DNA from: a bacterium | Lineage (GTDB): Bacteria > Hydrothermota > Tepidihabitantia > SM23-42 > JAOAFX01 | Length of the DNA: 61,786 nt | Direction: 5' to 3' | NCBI GenBank assembly: GCA_049700315.1 | Contig: JBNAVN010000008.1 | Span: forward strand, 1-61,786 | Shown here: one piece after another, positions 1 to 9,876 of the stretch | Position numbering within the stretch: position 1 is the stretch's first letter | How the letters are laid out: each line of letters begins with the position of its first letter | Notes under the pieces: model-generated | Databases searched by the model: none | What the model was told of the DNA's origin: nothing | The model's input: the letters and a program-made list of their open reading frames with translations, nothing else | Made by a program: the position numbers and the translations under genes

Positions 1-1
1 C

Positions 2-148
2 TTGGCGGATGGCGGAATTCAACCATTTAACCAGGTTGTTTGGTATGGTGATGATTATCTGGGTCGTAAACTGCCAGCGGGTGTTTATTTTGTGAAATTA
101 GAAACTGAGGGCTATAAGAAAATTGAGAAGGCGGTCTTGTTGAAATAA
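2..148 (+). CDS. 3' end of a secreted protein with T9SS/FlgD-Ig-type C-terminal domain (partial, starts before window)
   Basis: Frame from nt 2 reads LADGGIQPFNQVVWYGDDYLGRKLPAGVYFVKLETEGYKKIEKAVLLK*. This is the same W-x-G-x-D-x-x-G...GVYF...K-x-x-L-L-K tail as the CTDs at 13004, 49260, 50752 and 52580. Confidence 0.85.
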   Translation: MADGGIQPFNQVVWYGDDYLGRKLPAGVYFVKLETEGYKKIEKAVLLK

Positions 149-189
149 ATGCGGTTCTTCGGAGAACGGAGCATCCGGGTATAGATTTA

Positions 190-217
190 TTGACAAATCT
201 TGCTGGATAAATATAAT
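190..217 (+). promoter_or_regulatory. sigma70-type promoter of tRNA-Sec
   Basis: TTGACA (190-195), 16 bp spacer, TATAAT (212-217), 15 nt before the tRNA 5' end. Confidence 0.8.
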
Positions 218-232
218 AGATTGAGACAAAAT

Positions 233-326
233 GGAGGCGGATGGGTGCTGGTGTGCCTGACGGGCTTCAAACCCGGTTGTCCTTCGAAAGGGGGACGGTA
301 GGTTCGATTCCTACACGCCTCCGCCA
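233..326 (+). tRNA. selC: tRNA-Sec (anticodon UCA)
   Basis: 94 nt. 8-position acceptor GGAGGCGG/ACGCCTCC, 6-bp D stem with TGGT loop, anticodon loop CTTCAAA (TCA 267-269), long variable arm with GAAA tetraloop, T arm GTAGG-TTCGATT-CCTAC, discriminator G and encoded CCA. Adjacent to selAB. Confidence 0.97.
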
Positions 327-2230
327 GTTCCTAAGACCCTGACTTCACCGCGCTTGATTGTGATTCCTTTTGTATCAAAATATATCAAAAGGGGTAGGGC
401 ATATTTTCTGCTGGCATTTAATAGGTCTCTAAATTCTGCAACCCTTATTTCTCTGTGTTTTTGTAAGAAATCTATCAATTTGGTTTGTGCTTCATTTATC
501 ATATCTTTATGAAAGGCAACTCCTTCACCAGTATAAATCAATGTACCATTATCAAGCAAATACCGATAGGCTTTTTTTACCAAATCAGCGGGTCCAAATT
601 TTTGTTCTATCAACGATTCTATCTGGGGAGGCTGGAATTTGGAATCTATGAATATGTTTTCTAATCTTTGAACCACGGCATCAAGTTCTTTGTCCAGCGA
701 TACTTTGAAATCAAACAGGCTGACTTTGCCATCCTCAGTGATTCTGACCTTTTTTTCTTCCTTTAAATTCTGAAGCACGAAATTAAATAAGGTGTTGTCA
801 AATCCTTTTGCAAGTTTTGTCATAAGTTCAAGTCTTGGCATTCCTAAAAGTGTAGCATTCTCTCGGTGATAAGTTTCTAAAATTCCTAAGATTTTCTTCT
901 TCAATTCAGCCGAATTCTTCTGGCTATAATATAATCCTCGTTTCTCATCAACGATTAATACAGCATTTCTTTTTATTAATTCCGCAATTAGGCTATGGGC
1001 TGTGTCCAGGGTCAAATTTATATCTTTGGCAATTTCTTCAATCTTTATCGGTATATTGAAGTGTTGGTTTAGATATTCTTCAACGAGTATCAGGGGATCC
1101 TGGGTATCAAGTTTTTGAAGATGGTCAATAATTTCTTCATCAAAACCCTTTATCTTTGTTGCCTTTGGTTCTAATATTACACCTCCACCAATGGTTGTTG
1201 GTGGAACATAGGTACGGATTACAAAACGGTCTCCGATGTCACAAACCGCTGGTGCTTCAAGACGGAACTGTACCATTGTCTTTTCTCCAGGTTCAAGTAT
1301 CTTTTTGTCCAGGATAACCACGCGTGCAAGAATTTCACTTGTTTCAAGATGGAGTCTCACACGACTAAAGGTTTTTAGACTGGGAGCTGAATTCAACAAA
1401 TACAAAGAGCCATTCATAAACAGGGAAGGTTCAAAATAACCTGGTTGCGCAATAACATTGCCCCTTTCTATTTCTTCTTTTTCGGCACCAGCAATGTTTA
1501 TTGCTGCGCGGTACCCGGTTCCAACCTGTTCTACCTTTTTATTGTGCACCTCAATCGCACGAATCTTCAATTTTTTTTTCTGGGGGAGAAGTTCTACTGT
1601 GTCACCAATTTTGATCTTACCTGAAAGCACGGTTCCGGCAATGACCGTGCCAAAACCCTTCATTGTAAAACACCGGTCAATGGGCATGCGAAAGATGCCC
1701 TTATCCTGTTTGGTTTCAGTCTGTTCAATGAGCTGATTGAGTATTTTCTTCAAATCTTCCATTCCTTCGCCAGTTGCATTGGAGATAGGAACTATTGGTG
1801 CATTCTGGAGAAAAGAATCCTGGGTCAATTTATTGATCTCATCAATCACAATGTTCAGGTTTTCTCTTTCAACCAGATCAATTTTTGTTAATACGATTAC
1901 ACCCCTTTTTATCTGAAGTAATTTTAATATTTCAAAATGTTCAATTGTCTGAGGCATTACACCGTCATCCGCAGCAATGACAAAGATTACAAAATCTATA
2001 GTACTGGCACCTGCGAGCATATGCCGAACAAATTTTTCATGACCTGGCACATCAATGATTGTTACATCATCACCGTAAAATGCAAATCCTAAATCTGTGG
2101 TCATTCCCCTTTCTTTTTCTTCTTTCAAACGGTCGGGGTCAGTGCCAGTCAGAGATTTTATCAAAGCACTCTTGCCGTGATCTATATGTCCTGCAGTTCC
2201 AATTACAATATGTCTTCTTGATTCGCTCAT
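311..2230 (-). CDS. selB: selenocysteine-specific translation elongation factor SelB
   Basis: GTAGHIDHGKS, DVPGHEKF, TKID G-domain motifs, EF-Tu-like domains II/III and C-terminal winged-helix region (FRDLLNASRKYALPLLIYFD). 639 aa, next to selA and selC. Confidence 0.97.
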   Translation of the reverse strand: MSESRRHIVIGTAGHIDHGKSALIKSLTGTDPDRLKEEKERGMTTDLGFAFYGDDVTIIDVPGHEKFVRHMLAGASTIDFVIFVIAADDGVMPQTIEHFEILKLLQIKRGVIVLTKIDLVERENLNIVIDEINKLTQDSFLQNAPIVPISNATGEGMEDLKKILNQLIEQTETKQDKGIFRMPIDRCFTMKGFGTVIAGTVLSGKIKIGDTVELLPQKKKLKIRAIEVHNKKVEQVGTGYRAAINIAGAEKEEIERGNVIAQPGYFEPSLFMNGSLYLLNSAPSLKTFSRVRLHLETSEILARVVILDKKILEPGEKTMVQFRLEAPAVCDIGDRFVIRTYVPPTTIGGGVILEPKATKIKGFDEEIIDHLQKLDTQDPLILVEEYLNQHFNIPIKIEEIAKDINLTLDTAHSLIAELIKRNAVLIVDEKRGLYYSQKNSAELKKKILGILETYHRENATLLGMPRLELMTKLAKGFDNTLFNFVLQNLKEEKKVRITEDGKVSLFDFKVSLDKELDAVVQRLENIFIDSKFQPPQIESLIEQKFGPADLVKKAYRYLLDNGTLIYTGEGVAFHKDMINEAQTKLIDFLQKHREIRVAEFRDLLNASRKYALPLLIYFDTKGITIKRGEVRVLGTGGGV

Positions 2231-3618
2231 TACTGATTGCTGTTCAGATTCCTGGATAATGCTTCAACAATGACCTTTTCTTCACCTTTGAAAACAGTTC
2301 TGAAATCAATGAGATAACAATCATTTTCAATACGACCGAAGATTGGCGGATTGTAAAGTCGCAGGTTTCGTGCCAATTCTTCTACGGGTATTCTTTGAGG
2401 TTTTATGGCAAGAACATAAGTTGGCAATTGTTCAGTGCTCAATGAACCACCACCAATCTCTGAAACAGACCATTTGACTTCTAATTCAATATTTGAGAAT
2501 TTTTCCAATCTTCTGGCACACCATTTTGCCTGTCTTTTTATCTCTTGAATTGGTTTCAAAAGCAGGGATATCACATTGTGATTTCTTAAGATTGTTTCTT
2601 CCTTTTTTAAAAATAACTGCAGGGTTGCTTCAAGAACTGCATTGGTCAATTTGTCACATCTCAATGCCCGGTGAAGTGGGTTCTTTTTTATCTTTTCAAT
2701 ATAATCTTTCTTACCAACTATGATACCACACTGTGGTCCGCCAATGAGTTTGTCACCGCTAAAGCATACAACATCCGCACCTATTTTAATACTATCTTGC
2801 ACCATTGGTTCTTTTGGTAGATTATACTTTGAGAAATCAAATAAGGCACCACTTCCTAAATCATCAATTACTGGCAGGTTATGTTTTTTACCCAACATTA
2901 CAAGTTCTTCAAGTGGGACCTGTTTGGTGAAACCCATAATTCGGTAGTTGGATTGATGAACTCTTAGAATTCCTGCAGTATTTTCATTAATTGCTGATTC
3001 ATAATCTTTCAAGTGGGTGCGATTTGTTGTCCCTACTTCGCGTAAGATAGCGCCACTTTGTGCCATTACATCAGGGATTCTAAAAGAACCACCGATTTCA
3101 ATTAATTGGCCACGGGATATTATTATTTCCTTGCCTTTGCCTATTGTATTGAGTATTAATAGAGTTGCTCCAGCATTGTTATTCACAAACATACCTGCTT
3201 CTGCACCGGTAATAAGTCTTAATAATTTGTTTATCTTTTTGTATCGGTCAGCCCTTTTACCTTCTTCATCAATTTGTAGACGAGAATAACCGACGCCAAC
3301 AGAATTCAAAGTATGAAGAATACCCTGCATATAAGGCGCCCTTCCTAAACCAGTATGTAGCACAATACCCAAGCCATTTATTGCATACGAAAAATAAGGT
3401 TCTGTTAAATCCTGCAGTTCATCAATGATTGATTTCTTAAGGTCTTCAATATCTGATATCTCTCCATTCAATATCTTTTTTCTAAATTCCTCTGTTTTTT
3501 CACGGATAATCAAGATAATATGAGAATGTTCCAGATTATCAACAAATGGCTTCAATTCTGGATAATTGAAGATTTTATCAATTGACGGAATTTCCTTGAG
3601 ATTTTTTACCTCTGTCAT
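2230..3618 (-). CDS. selA: L-seryl-tRNA(Sec) selenium transferase
   Basis: INGLGIVLHTGLGRA, VNNNAGA, SRGQLIEIGGSFRIPDVM, EVGTTNRTH, DLGSG and FSGDKLIGGPQCG (PLP lysine) motifs. Confidence 0.97.
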   Translation of the reverse strand: MTEVKNLKEIPSIDKIFNYPELKPFVDNLEHSHIILIIREKTEEFRKKILNGEISDIEDLKKSIIDELQDLTEPYFSYAINGLGIVLHTGLGRAPYMQGILHTLNSVGVGYSRLQIDEEGKRADRYKKINKLLRLITGAEAGMFVNNNAGATLLILNTIGKGKEIIISRGQLIEIGGSFRIPDVMAQSGAILREVGTTNRTHLKDYESAINENTAGILRVHQSNYRIMGFTKQVPLEELVMLGKKHNLPVIDDLGSGALFDFSKYNLPKEPMVQDSIKIGADVVCFSGDKLIGGPQCGIIVGKKDYIEKIKKNPLHRALRCDKLTNAVLEATLQLFLKKEETILRNHNVISLLLKPIQEIKRQAKWCARRLEKFSNIELEVKWSVSEIGGGSLSTEQLPTYVLAIKPQRIPVEELARNLRLYNPPIFGRIENDCYLIDFRTVFKGEEKVIVEALSRNLNSNQ

Positions 3619-3624
3619 ACCAAA

Positions 3625-3652
3625 ATTATAACAAAAAAATTTGAAAAGTCAA
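3625..3652 (-). promoter_or_regulatory. promoter of selAB, probably leaderless transcript
   Basis: Minus strand TTGACT-16 bp-TATAAT, then 6 nt to the selA ATG with no Shine-Dalgarno. Confidence 0.7.
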
Positions 3653-3654
3653 TG

Positions 3655-4791
3655 TTAAGTTTTCCTAATATTCTTAAGGAAAAATGCTTTTAGATAATTG
3701 CTTTCTGGAAAATTCAGTAATACCGGGTGGTCTTTTGTCTGATTTCCTTGGTGAACAATGGCGAATTTCCTGCCCGCATCTTTTGCAGAATCGCGCAGCA
3801 TAGATAGAAATTCTTCATTTGAAATATGGTAAGAACACGATGAGGTAAACAGTATTCCACCATCATTCAACAGTTTCATTGCCATTAAATTTATTTCTTT
3901 ATAGCCCCTTAAGGCATCAAATTTTTTCTTTTTTGATTTCGTGAATGAAGGCGGATCAAGTATAATTGTATCAAATCTTTTATTTTCGTTATAGAGTTTT
4001 CTTAGAGTTTTGAAGACATCTTCACACTGAAAATCACATTCAAGATTATTCAATACCGCATTTTTTTTTGCGATTTCAATCGCCTTCTCTGATGAATCAA
4101 TACCTGACACTTTACCTTTTTTTGCTGCATATAAAGAAAAACCGCCTGTATAACAGAAACAATCAAGGATTTCACCGCAGGCAAATTCAGCAATCTTTTG
4201 CCGATTCTCTCTTTGATCAAAAAAGAATCCGGTCTTCTGACCGTTGATAATATCAACAAGAAATTTTATACCATCCTGTTCTATCTCCACAAGTTCGGGA
4301 ATTTTGCCACAGATGGGTCTGTTCTCTGGTTCAAGTCCTTCAAGTTTCCGCAGATTTTCATCGGATTTTTCATATATGCCCTCGGGATTGAAAAGGTCTG
4401 TTAGCACCTGAAAAATCATCTGTTTTCTCTTGTCCATTCCCAGACAATTTATTTCTACTACAAAAAAGTTTCCGTATTTATCAACTATCAATCCAGGTAA
4501 TCCATCGCTTTCACTGTATATAAGCCGGAAACTTTCGCCTAAATCTGAGCGGTTTATGAGCGCATTTTTGATTCTATTCAATAAGAACTCTCTTGAAAAA
4601 TCCTCTTCTCTTTCTGAAAAGAGCCTGACTGCGATTAATGAATGGGGATTATAAAATCCTGTTCCAATAACCTTTTTCCTCTCTTCAACCTTTACAACCT
4701 CACCCGGAGAAGGGTCTTCAGTCTTTATTACTTCATTTGAAAATATCCAGGGATGGTCTAAGTGCCGTCTGTAAACAATAACCTTCTTCAT
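3655..4791 (-). CDS. rlmI: RlmI-like class I SAM-dependent rRNA m5C methyltransferase (PUA + MTase)
   Basis: HPWIFSNE PUA start, ESDGLPGLIVDKY, GQKTGFFFDQRENR, LDCFCYTGGF, IILDPPSF, TSSCS. Confidence 0.85.
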   Translation of the reverse strand: MKKVIVYRRHLDHPWIFSNEVIKTEDPSPGEVVKVEERKKVIGTGFYNPHSLIAVRLFSEREEDFSREFLLNRIKNALINRSDLGESFRLIYSESDGLPGLIVDKYGNFFVVEINCLGMDKRKQMIFQVLTDLFNPEGIYEKSDENLRKLEGLEPENRPICGKIPELVEIEQDGIKFLVDIINGQKTGFFFDQRENRQKIAEFACGEILDCFCYTGGFSLYAAKKGKVSGIDSSEKAIEIAKKNAVLNNLECDFQCEDVFKTLRKLYNENKRFDTIILDPPSFTKSKKKKFDALRGYKEINLMAMKLLNDGGILFTSSCSYHISNEEFLSMLRDSAKDAGRKFAIVHQGNQTKDHPVLLNFPESNYLKAFFLKNIRKT

Positions 4792-5498
4792 TCAAAAACC
4801 GTTTCCATACCATCTTTCTTTACCCAGCCGCCAATTCCACCCGGCAATTGTACTAAATAATATCCATTTCTTTCCTCGCGAATCTTTGCTTCAGTTCCAT
4901 CATGGATTACAAGAATCTCTTTGTATTCTTCTCCAGGTCCGCTATATGCATTTAATTCGTTAACAACAACAACTGCTGAATTTGAATTCTTTTCTGCCTG
5001 CCAGATGATTGAAATAATAAGAAAATAAGTGAAGAATAATGAACCGACGATTGTAATCCACAAAAATAATTTATTTCTATTAACCAAATATAGAGAAAGA
5101 AAGATTGCAATAAAAAGAAAAGTGATTGAAGAAAGAATATTGCTTTCTCTGGAAGAGAAATAATGGAAGAGTCGGTCCAGAAACTGGAAAAAAGGATTGG
5201 GAATATTTGTCGTTTTGTCAGGTCTGAAATTTCTCACGAAATTCAGATTATATGATATGTCTTCATCTCTTGGACAGATAAGATATGCCTTTCTATACAT
5301 AATTATCGCCTTGCCAATCCTGCCGGATTTGAAATATGCATTGCCAAGATTGTAGTATATATCTTTGTTTTTACAGAGTTTTAGGGCGCTCTCATAACAT
5401 TCAATTGCGGACTGGAAATTATTCTCAGCATAATATCTATTGCCTGTATTATATAACTGTATTGCCTCAGCAAATACAAGAAGAAAGAGAATGGTCAT
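4788..5498 (-). CDS. batE: BatE-like TPR + TM + SH3 protein
   Basis: N-terminal TPRs (YYNLGNAYFK), two TM helices, C-terminal SH3-like (YSGPG...IHDGT...GWV). Last gene of the Bat operon. Confidence 0.85.
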   Translation of the reverse strand: MTILFLLVFAEAIQLYNTGNRYYAENNFQSAIECYESALKLCKNKDIYYNLGNAYFKSGRIGKAIIMYRKAYLICPRDEDISYNLNFVRNFRPDKTTNIPNPFFQFLDRLFHYFSSRESNILSSITFLFIAIFLSLYLVNRNKLFLWITIVGSLFFTYFLIISIIWQAEKNSNSAVVVVNELNAYSGPGEEYKEILVIHDGTEAKIREERNGYYLVQLPGGIGGWVKKDGMETVFE

Positions 5499-7276
5499 AG
5501 ACTCTCAATAAGTTTTCTGGTTTTTTCAAATAGTTCATTCATTGATAATTCTGCACTTGAGATTGGAGAATAGGCAATCGTATCACATTTATTTACTATT
5601 CCAAACAACTCTTCAACCAGTTCATTTCTTAATCCTTTACTTAATAATTCCTGTTTTAATTGTTCGGTTGTCAGGGCACCGGTATCAAGATTGAAACGGT
5701 CACCGATATTGTTGATTATTGCCTTGGAAAGTGCGCTGTAGAAATTCTTCTGGTCATTCTTTTTAAGATACTCACTCACCTGCCTGAACCGTTTTTTAAA
5801 TAATCTGCCCGACATATACCTTCTTGCATAGGCACGGTCCTTCAATAATTTTGATTGGTGGCGCTCGTATAGAAATGCAATTCCAAAGAGCAGGATTGAG
5901 ATGGGATATAAAAGGAGATAAAATCTTGATGTCTCATCTAATTCTGGTTTTATGCTATTCTTATCGGATTTTGTATACCTGATATCACTTCCTAATATCT
6001 TCACACCACCAACATCGGTCACGGCCTGACCCTGAGTTACACCTGTTGCCAGAAATTTAGTCTTCTCACTCTTTAAGAATTCATAAGTCTTTGTCGTGGG
6101 ATTGAAATATGCCATAGTTATTTCTGGAAGAATATACTCGCCATCAAGCTGGGGAATTAACGGAAATCTAAACTCTTTTGTACCTTTAATTGTGCTACTT
6201 GATTTATCAAGATTCTCTTTTATTTCAGGTTCCAGTATTCTCAAATTTGCCACTGGAGTTAACTTAGGTTTTTCTATCAATTTAATGTTGCCCGTGCCAC
6301 TAATTTTGACGATGAGATTTACTGGTTCACCCTGGCTTGATGTGTCACGGTCGACCTTTACGTTCATTGTAAATTTACCAACACCACCACAGAAGTTTTC
6401 CGGTTTCCCATCCTGGGGAAATGGTATAACATTTATTGATAATGGTTTTGATGATATATTAATTGTGTGTGCGGTGCCAAAGAAATCAAAGAAATCTCTG
6501 GGTGGTCTGATAATAGTTGCATTGAGTTCCATTGGGTCAATTGTGAGATGCCCACTTGTAATAGGAAAAAGGGCGACAGTTTTGATCAATGCTGCGTAAT
6601 ATGTCTTTCCTTCATAGACCTTTTTCTGATAAGACAGGCGATTTGCATCATAGATGGTCTCATACCAAAAACCACTGAAATTGGGCATTTTGCTTAAGTT
6701 GACATTATCTAAATCATACTGGGTATAGATATAGAATTCTACATTTATCTGTTCTCCTTGATATAGTTCTTTCCGACTTGGTACTGCAATTAGCATTACA
6801 CTGCCTTCCAGAGAACCCGTGGTTTTTGGCGGTGTTTGCGTAGATGCAGGAGGTGTTTGGGTTGTCCCTTTCACTACTTCAATCTCAATTGATTGGGTTT
6901 CATAGGTCTTGCCTTGATAATCAATTTTGCAAGGACCAATAGTAAATTTTCCCATTTTCTTTGGACTCAGAGTATGGATAAAGGTAATCGTTGTCTGCTG
7001 TGTCATCTTGCCATTGATAAAACTTATATTTGTTGATTGTGAAGATGAACGACCAAGCACATTGAAATCAGGCAGGTCAGGTAATTTTGGTGAAGGGACT
7101 CCACTTATATTTTCTCCACTCACCGAGACATTCAATGTAAAAGTCTCACCCAGCCCAACCGTAGTACGGTCAACCGTAGCGGTGAAGTTGAGTTCGCCAG
7201 CGAAAATGAATAATGGAAAAAACATTTCTAAAATCCATAACCAAAACACTAATTGGAATTTATGATTTATCTCCAT
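5495..7276 (-). CDS. batD: BatD family protein
   Basis: Signal peptide, ATVDRTTVGLGETFTL, GGVGKF motif, C-terminal TM helix and operon position. Confidence 0.88.
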   Translation of the reverse strand: MEINHKFQLVFWLWILEMFFPLFIFAGELNFTATVDRTTVGLGETFTLNVSVSGENISGVPSPKLPDLPDFNVLGRSSSQSTNISFINGKMTQQTTITFIHTLSPKKMGKFTIGPCKIDYQGKTYETQSIEIEVVKGTTQTPPASTQTPPKTTGSLEGSVMLIAVPSRKELYQGEQINVEFYIYTQYDLDNVNLSKMPNFSGFWYETIYDANRLSYQKKVYEGKTYYAALIKTVALFPITSGHLTIDPMELNATIIRPPRDFFDFFGTAHTINISSKPLSINVIPFPQDGKPENFCGGVGKFTMNVKVDRDTSSQGEPVNLIVKISGTGNIKLIEKPKLTPVANLRILEPEIKENLDKSSSTIKGTKEFRFPLIPQLDGEYILPEITMAYFNPTTKTYEFLKSEKTKFLATGVTQGQAVTDVGGVKILGSDIRYTKSDKNSIKPELDETSRFYLLLYPISILLFGIAFLYERHQSKLLKDRAYARRYMSGRLFKKRFRQVSEYLKKNDQKNFYSALSKAIINNIGDRFNLDTGALTTEQLKQELLSKGLRNELVEELFGIVNKCDTIAYSPISSAELSMNELFEKTRKLIESL

Positions 7277-7277
7277 T

Positions 7278-7898
7278 TTACCAGTCCTTTTCTACTTTCT
7301 CCAGTTGTGGCTTTGGTTGCTGTTTTTTTCTTTCTTCTTTTTCTTTGTTCTTCAATGCTTCAAGCACACGATTTGCATCTTCCTTTGACATCTGCTGTTT
7401 ACGGGTCTGGGGTTGTGGCTGTTGTTGCTGCTCTTGTTGTTGCTGTTGTTGTTTTGTAGAATCGCTCTGTGGTTGGTTCTTAAGTTGTTCTTTGAACTTC
7501 ATACACAATTCAAGGTTTTGTTTTGCCTTCATATCTTTGTTGTTCAATAGAAGTGAAGTTTTAAAGGCATTGATCGCACCATTAAGGTCGCCCTGTTTGA
7601 ATTTGCAGTTACCAATGTTGTAAAATGTATTTGCCTGGAATTTCTTATCTCTGGTCAAAAGTCCGAGTTCAAATTCACTTATCGCTTCAGGATATTTCCC
7701 CATTTTATACAATGCCCTTGCGATATTATAGTGGATTTTGATGTTGTCCGGCTCAAGAACTTGTGCCTGCTCATAGGTCTTCAACGCATCTTCATAATTT
7801 CCTTTTCTCATCAAACCATTGCCTTTGCGCATCAAAGACCCAACATCTGCATAAAGTGGCAGAAGAAATATGATCAATATAAGGGAAAATCTGGTCAT
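7278..7898 (-). CDS. batC: BatC-like TPR protein with Gln-rich linker
   Basis: Signal peptide from ATG 7898 (just after the batB stop), TPRs, poly-Q tract, MSKEDANRVLEAL and terminal EKDW typical of BatC. Confidence 0.85.
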   Translation of the reverse strand: MTRFSLILIIFLLPLYADVGSLMRKGNGLMRKGNYEDALKTYEQAQVLEPDNIKIHYNIARALYKMGKYPEAISEFELGLLTRDKKFQANTFYNIGNCKFKQGDLNGAINAFKTSLLLNNKDMKAKQNLELCMKFKEQLKNQPQSDSTKQQQQQQEQQQQPQPQTRKQQMSKEDANRVLEALKNKEKEERKKQQPKPQLEKVEKDW

Positions 7899-7906
7899 CT
7901 TTACTA

Positions 7907-8905
7907 TTATATCCACTTTCCTCTCCTATCACTCAAGAATATGCTCAAAAACATAAAACCAAAGGCAAAGACGAGAAAATACTGGTATCTTTCTTCAAAC
8001 TGGACATATTCGCCACCACCAAATTCTTTTTTCTTGATTTGGTCTAACTCATCGGTGAGACGGTTTATATAAGGACCTTCGGTTCTAAAGAATCTGCCAT
8101 TTGATGCACGGGCAATGAGCAATAACAATCTATCAGCAAGTCTTGTCATGACAATATTTCCATCTTTATCTTTCTTGTATGTCACTCCACCGGATGATGT
8201 TTCAATTATTGGTGCACCTTCAGGTGTGCCGATGCCAATTGTGAATATTCTTATTCCCTGGTTTATTGCCTTATCCAGTGCCGGCATAGGATCACCTTCA
8301 AGATTATCACCGTCTGTAAAAAGAATCAGCGCCTTGTGGGTCTCTTCTTTGGGATTGAACAGTGAAGAAGAAGCTTCAATTGCCTTTGCAATGTTAGTTC
8401 CTGGTCTTGGTATCATATTCGGTTCAATTATATCAAGGAATAGTTTAGCAGCATCAATGTCAGTTGTCAATGGGCACATAACATAACAATCACCAGCAAA
8501 TGCGGTGATACCAACCTGATGGGTTCCGAGATTATCAAGCAAATAAGCAATATCCTGTTTTGCCCGTTCTAACCTGGATGGCTTAATATCCTGTGCGTAC
8601 ATACTTTTTGATGCATCAAGGGCAATCACAATATCAATTCCTTTACCCTTGTATATCTGCAGTTTTTCGCCCCATTTTGGACGGGCAAGGCTGATGATCA
8701 AAAATGTAGCACCAAGCAAAAGGAATATTGATTTTAGGAAATAAAACCGTGAATCAAATGATTCTGTTAAAATTGGTATCAAGTTAGCATCAGCAAATTT
8801 CTTTAAGGCATTCTTTTTATGCATATATAAAATAATCAAACCCAGAATAATTATCGGAATTGAAAAGAGTAGATACAGATATTTTGGCTCAGCCCACTTA
8901 ATCAC
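7907..8905 (-). CDS. batB: BatB VWA-domain membrane protein
   Basis: LARPKWG, DASKSM MIDAS, FAGD...PLTTD, FTDGDN, C-terminal ERYQYFL. Confidence 0.9.
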   Translation of the reverse strand: MIKWAEPKYLYLLFSIPIIILGLIILYMHKKNALKKFADANLIPILTESFDSRFYFLKSIFLLLGATFLIISLARPKWGEKLQIYKGKGIDIVIALDASKSMYAQDIKPSRLERAKQDIAYLLDNLGTHQVGITAFAGDCYVMCPLTTDIDAAKLFLDIIEPNMIPRPGTNIAKAIEASSSLFNPKEETHKALILFTDGDNLEGDPMPALDKAINQGIRIFTIGIGTPEGAPIIETSSGGVTYKKDKDGNIVMTRLADRLLLLIARASNGRFFRTEGPYINRLTDELDQIKKKEFGGGEYVQFEERYQYFLVFAFGFMFLSIFLSDRRGKWI

Positions 8906-9876
8906 GGTATTCTCCTCAGGATTGTCATTGAGAGAACAGATGATAGGAAAAATAGAACAACTGCTGGCAACATAAATAATTGTGCTTTTTCTGAATAAAC
9001 TGTGTGTCTTGATACCTTGAATGTCGTCGGTTCCAGTTTGTCAATCTCATCATATATAGCCTTCAAAGCACCAGCATCTGTAGCAAGAAATGCCCTACCC
9101 TGGGTCAAAGAAGAAATCTCTTCAAGGGTTTTCATATCAAAATCAATTTCCTCCCTTACATAGATTTTCCCATAGATTGGATGATTGACAGGAATAGGGA
9201 CCGGCCCCTTTGAACCAACACCAATGCAATATACCTTTATGTTGTTTGCCTGGGCAAGTTTTGCTGCGGTAATCGGATCGATTTCACCTGCATTGTTCAA
9301 GCCATCAGTCAAAAGGATAATAATTTTTTCTTTTGCTTTTGAATCTTTTATTCTCGTTACTGCGGTTGCCAGACCCATTCCGATAGCAGTGCCGTCCTGG
9401 ATTATCCCGAACTCAATCCTATCAAGCAAGTCATTCAAGATTTTATGATCGGTTGTCAGAGGACACTGGGTCATTGAGGTCACTGCAAATATGACCAATC
9501 CAATGCGGTCTCCAGGTCTTTTTGATATAAATTCTTTTGCCCTCTCTTTTGCTACATAAAGGCGATTCTTCGGGCTAAAATCCTCTGCCTGCATTGTGCC
9601 TGAAATATCAAGACAGAGCATAATATCAACACCCCTTGTCTCAGTCTCTTCATATATCCTTCCTTTTTGTGGACGGGCAAGGCCGATGATAATTAACAAA
9701 AGCATAAGAATGTCTATTATTGACAAAAATAATTTAAGATTTCTGCCACCTGTGTAATTTTTGAAAAATTTTGTATCGGAAAATTTCAGTGTGCTCGTTC
9801 GTTTTTTGAGTTCCCAATATATCAACCCGGCAAGTAATAGTAAGAGAATAAAATATAGCGGATTTGCAAATCTCAT
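8902..9876 (-). CDS. batA: BatA VWA-domain membrane protein
   Basis: MRFANP N-terminus, LARPQ, DISGTM MIDAS, GTAIGMGL, LLTDGLNNAG. Confidence 0.92.
   Translation of the reverse strand: MRFANPLYFILLLLLAGLIYWELKKRTSTLKFSDTKFFKNYTGGRNLKLFLSIIDILMLLLIIIGLARPQKGRIYEETETRGVDIMLCLDISGTMQAEDFSPKNRLYVAKERAKEFISKRPGDRIGLVIFAVTSMTQCPLTTDHKILNDLLDRIEFGIIQDGTAIGMGLATAVTRIKDSKAKEKIIILLTDGLNNAGEIDPITAAKLAQANNIKVYCIGVGSKGPVPIPVNHPIYGKIYVREEIDFDMKTLEEISSLTQGRAFLATDAGALKAIYDEIDKLEPTTFKVSRHTVYSEKAQLFMLPAVVLFFLSSVLSMTILRRIP

Noticed and set aside
7410-7455. Poly-Gln codon tract in batC as a contingency locus
   Set aside because: It uses mixed CAA/CAG codons and stays in frame, and a Q-rich linker is a normal BatC feature.
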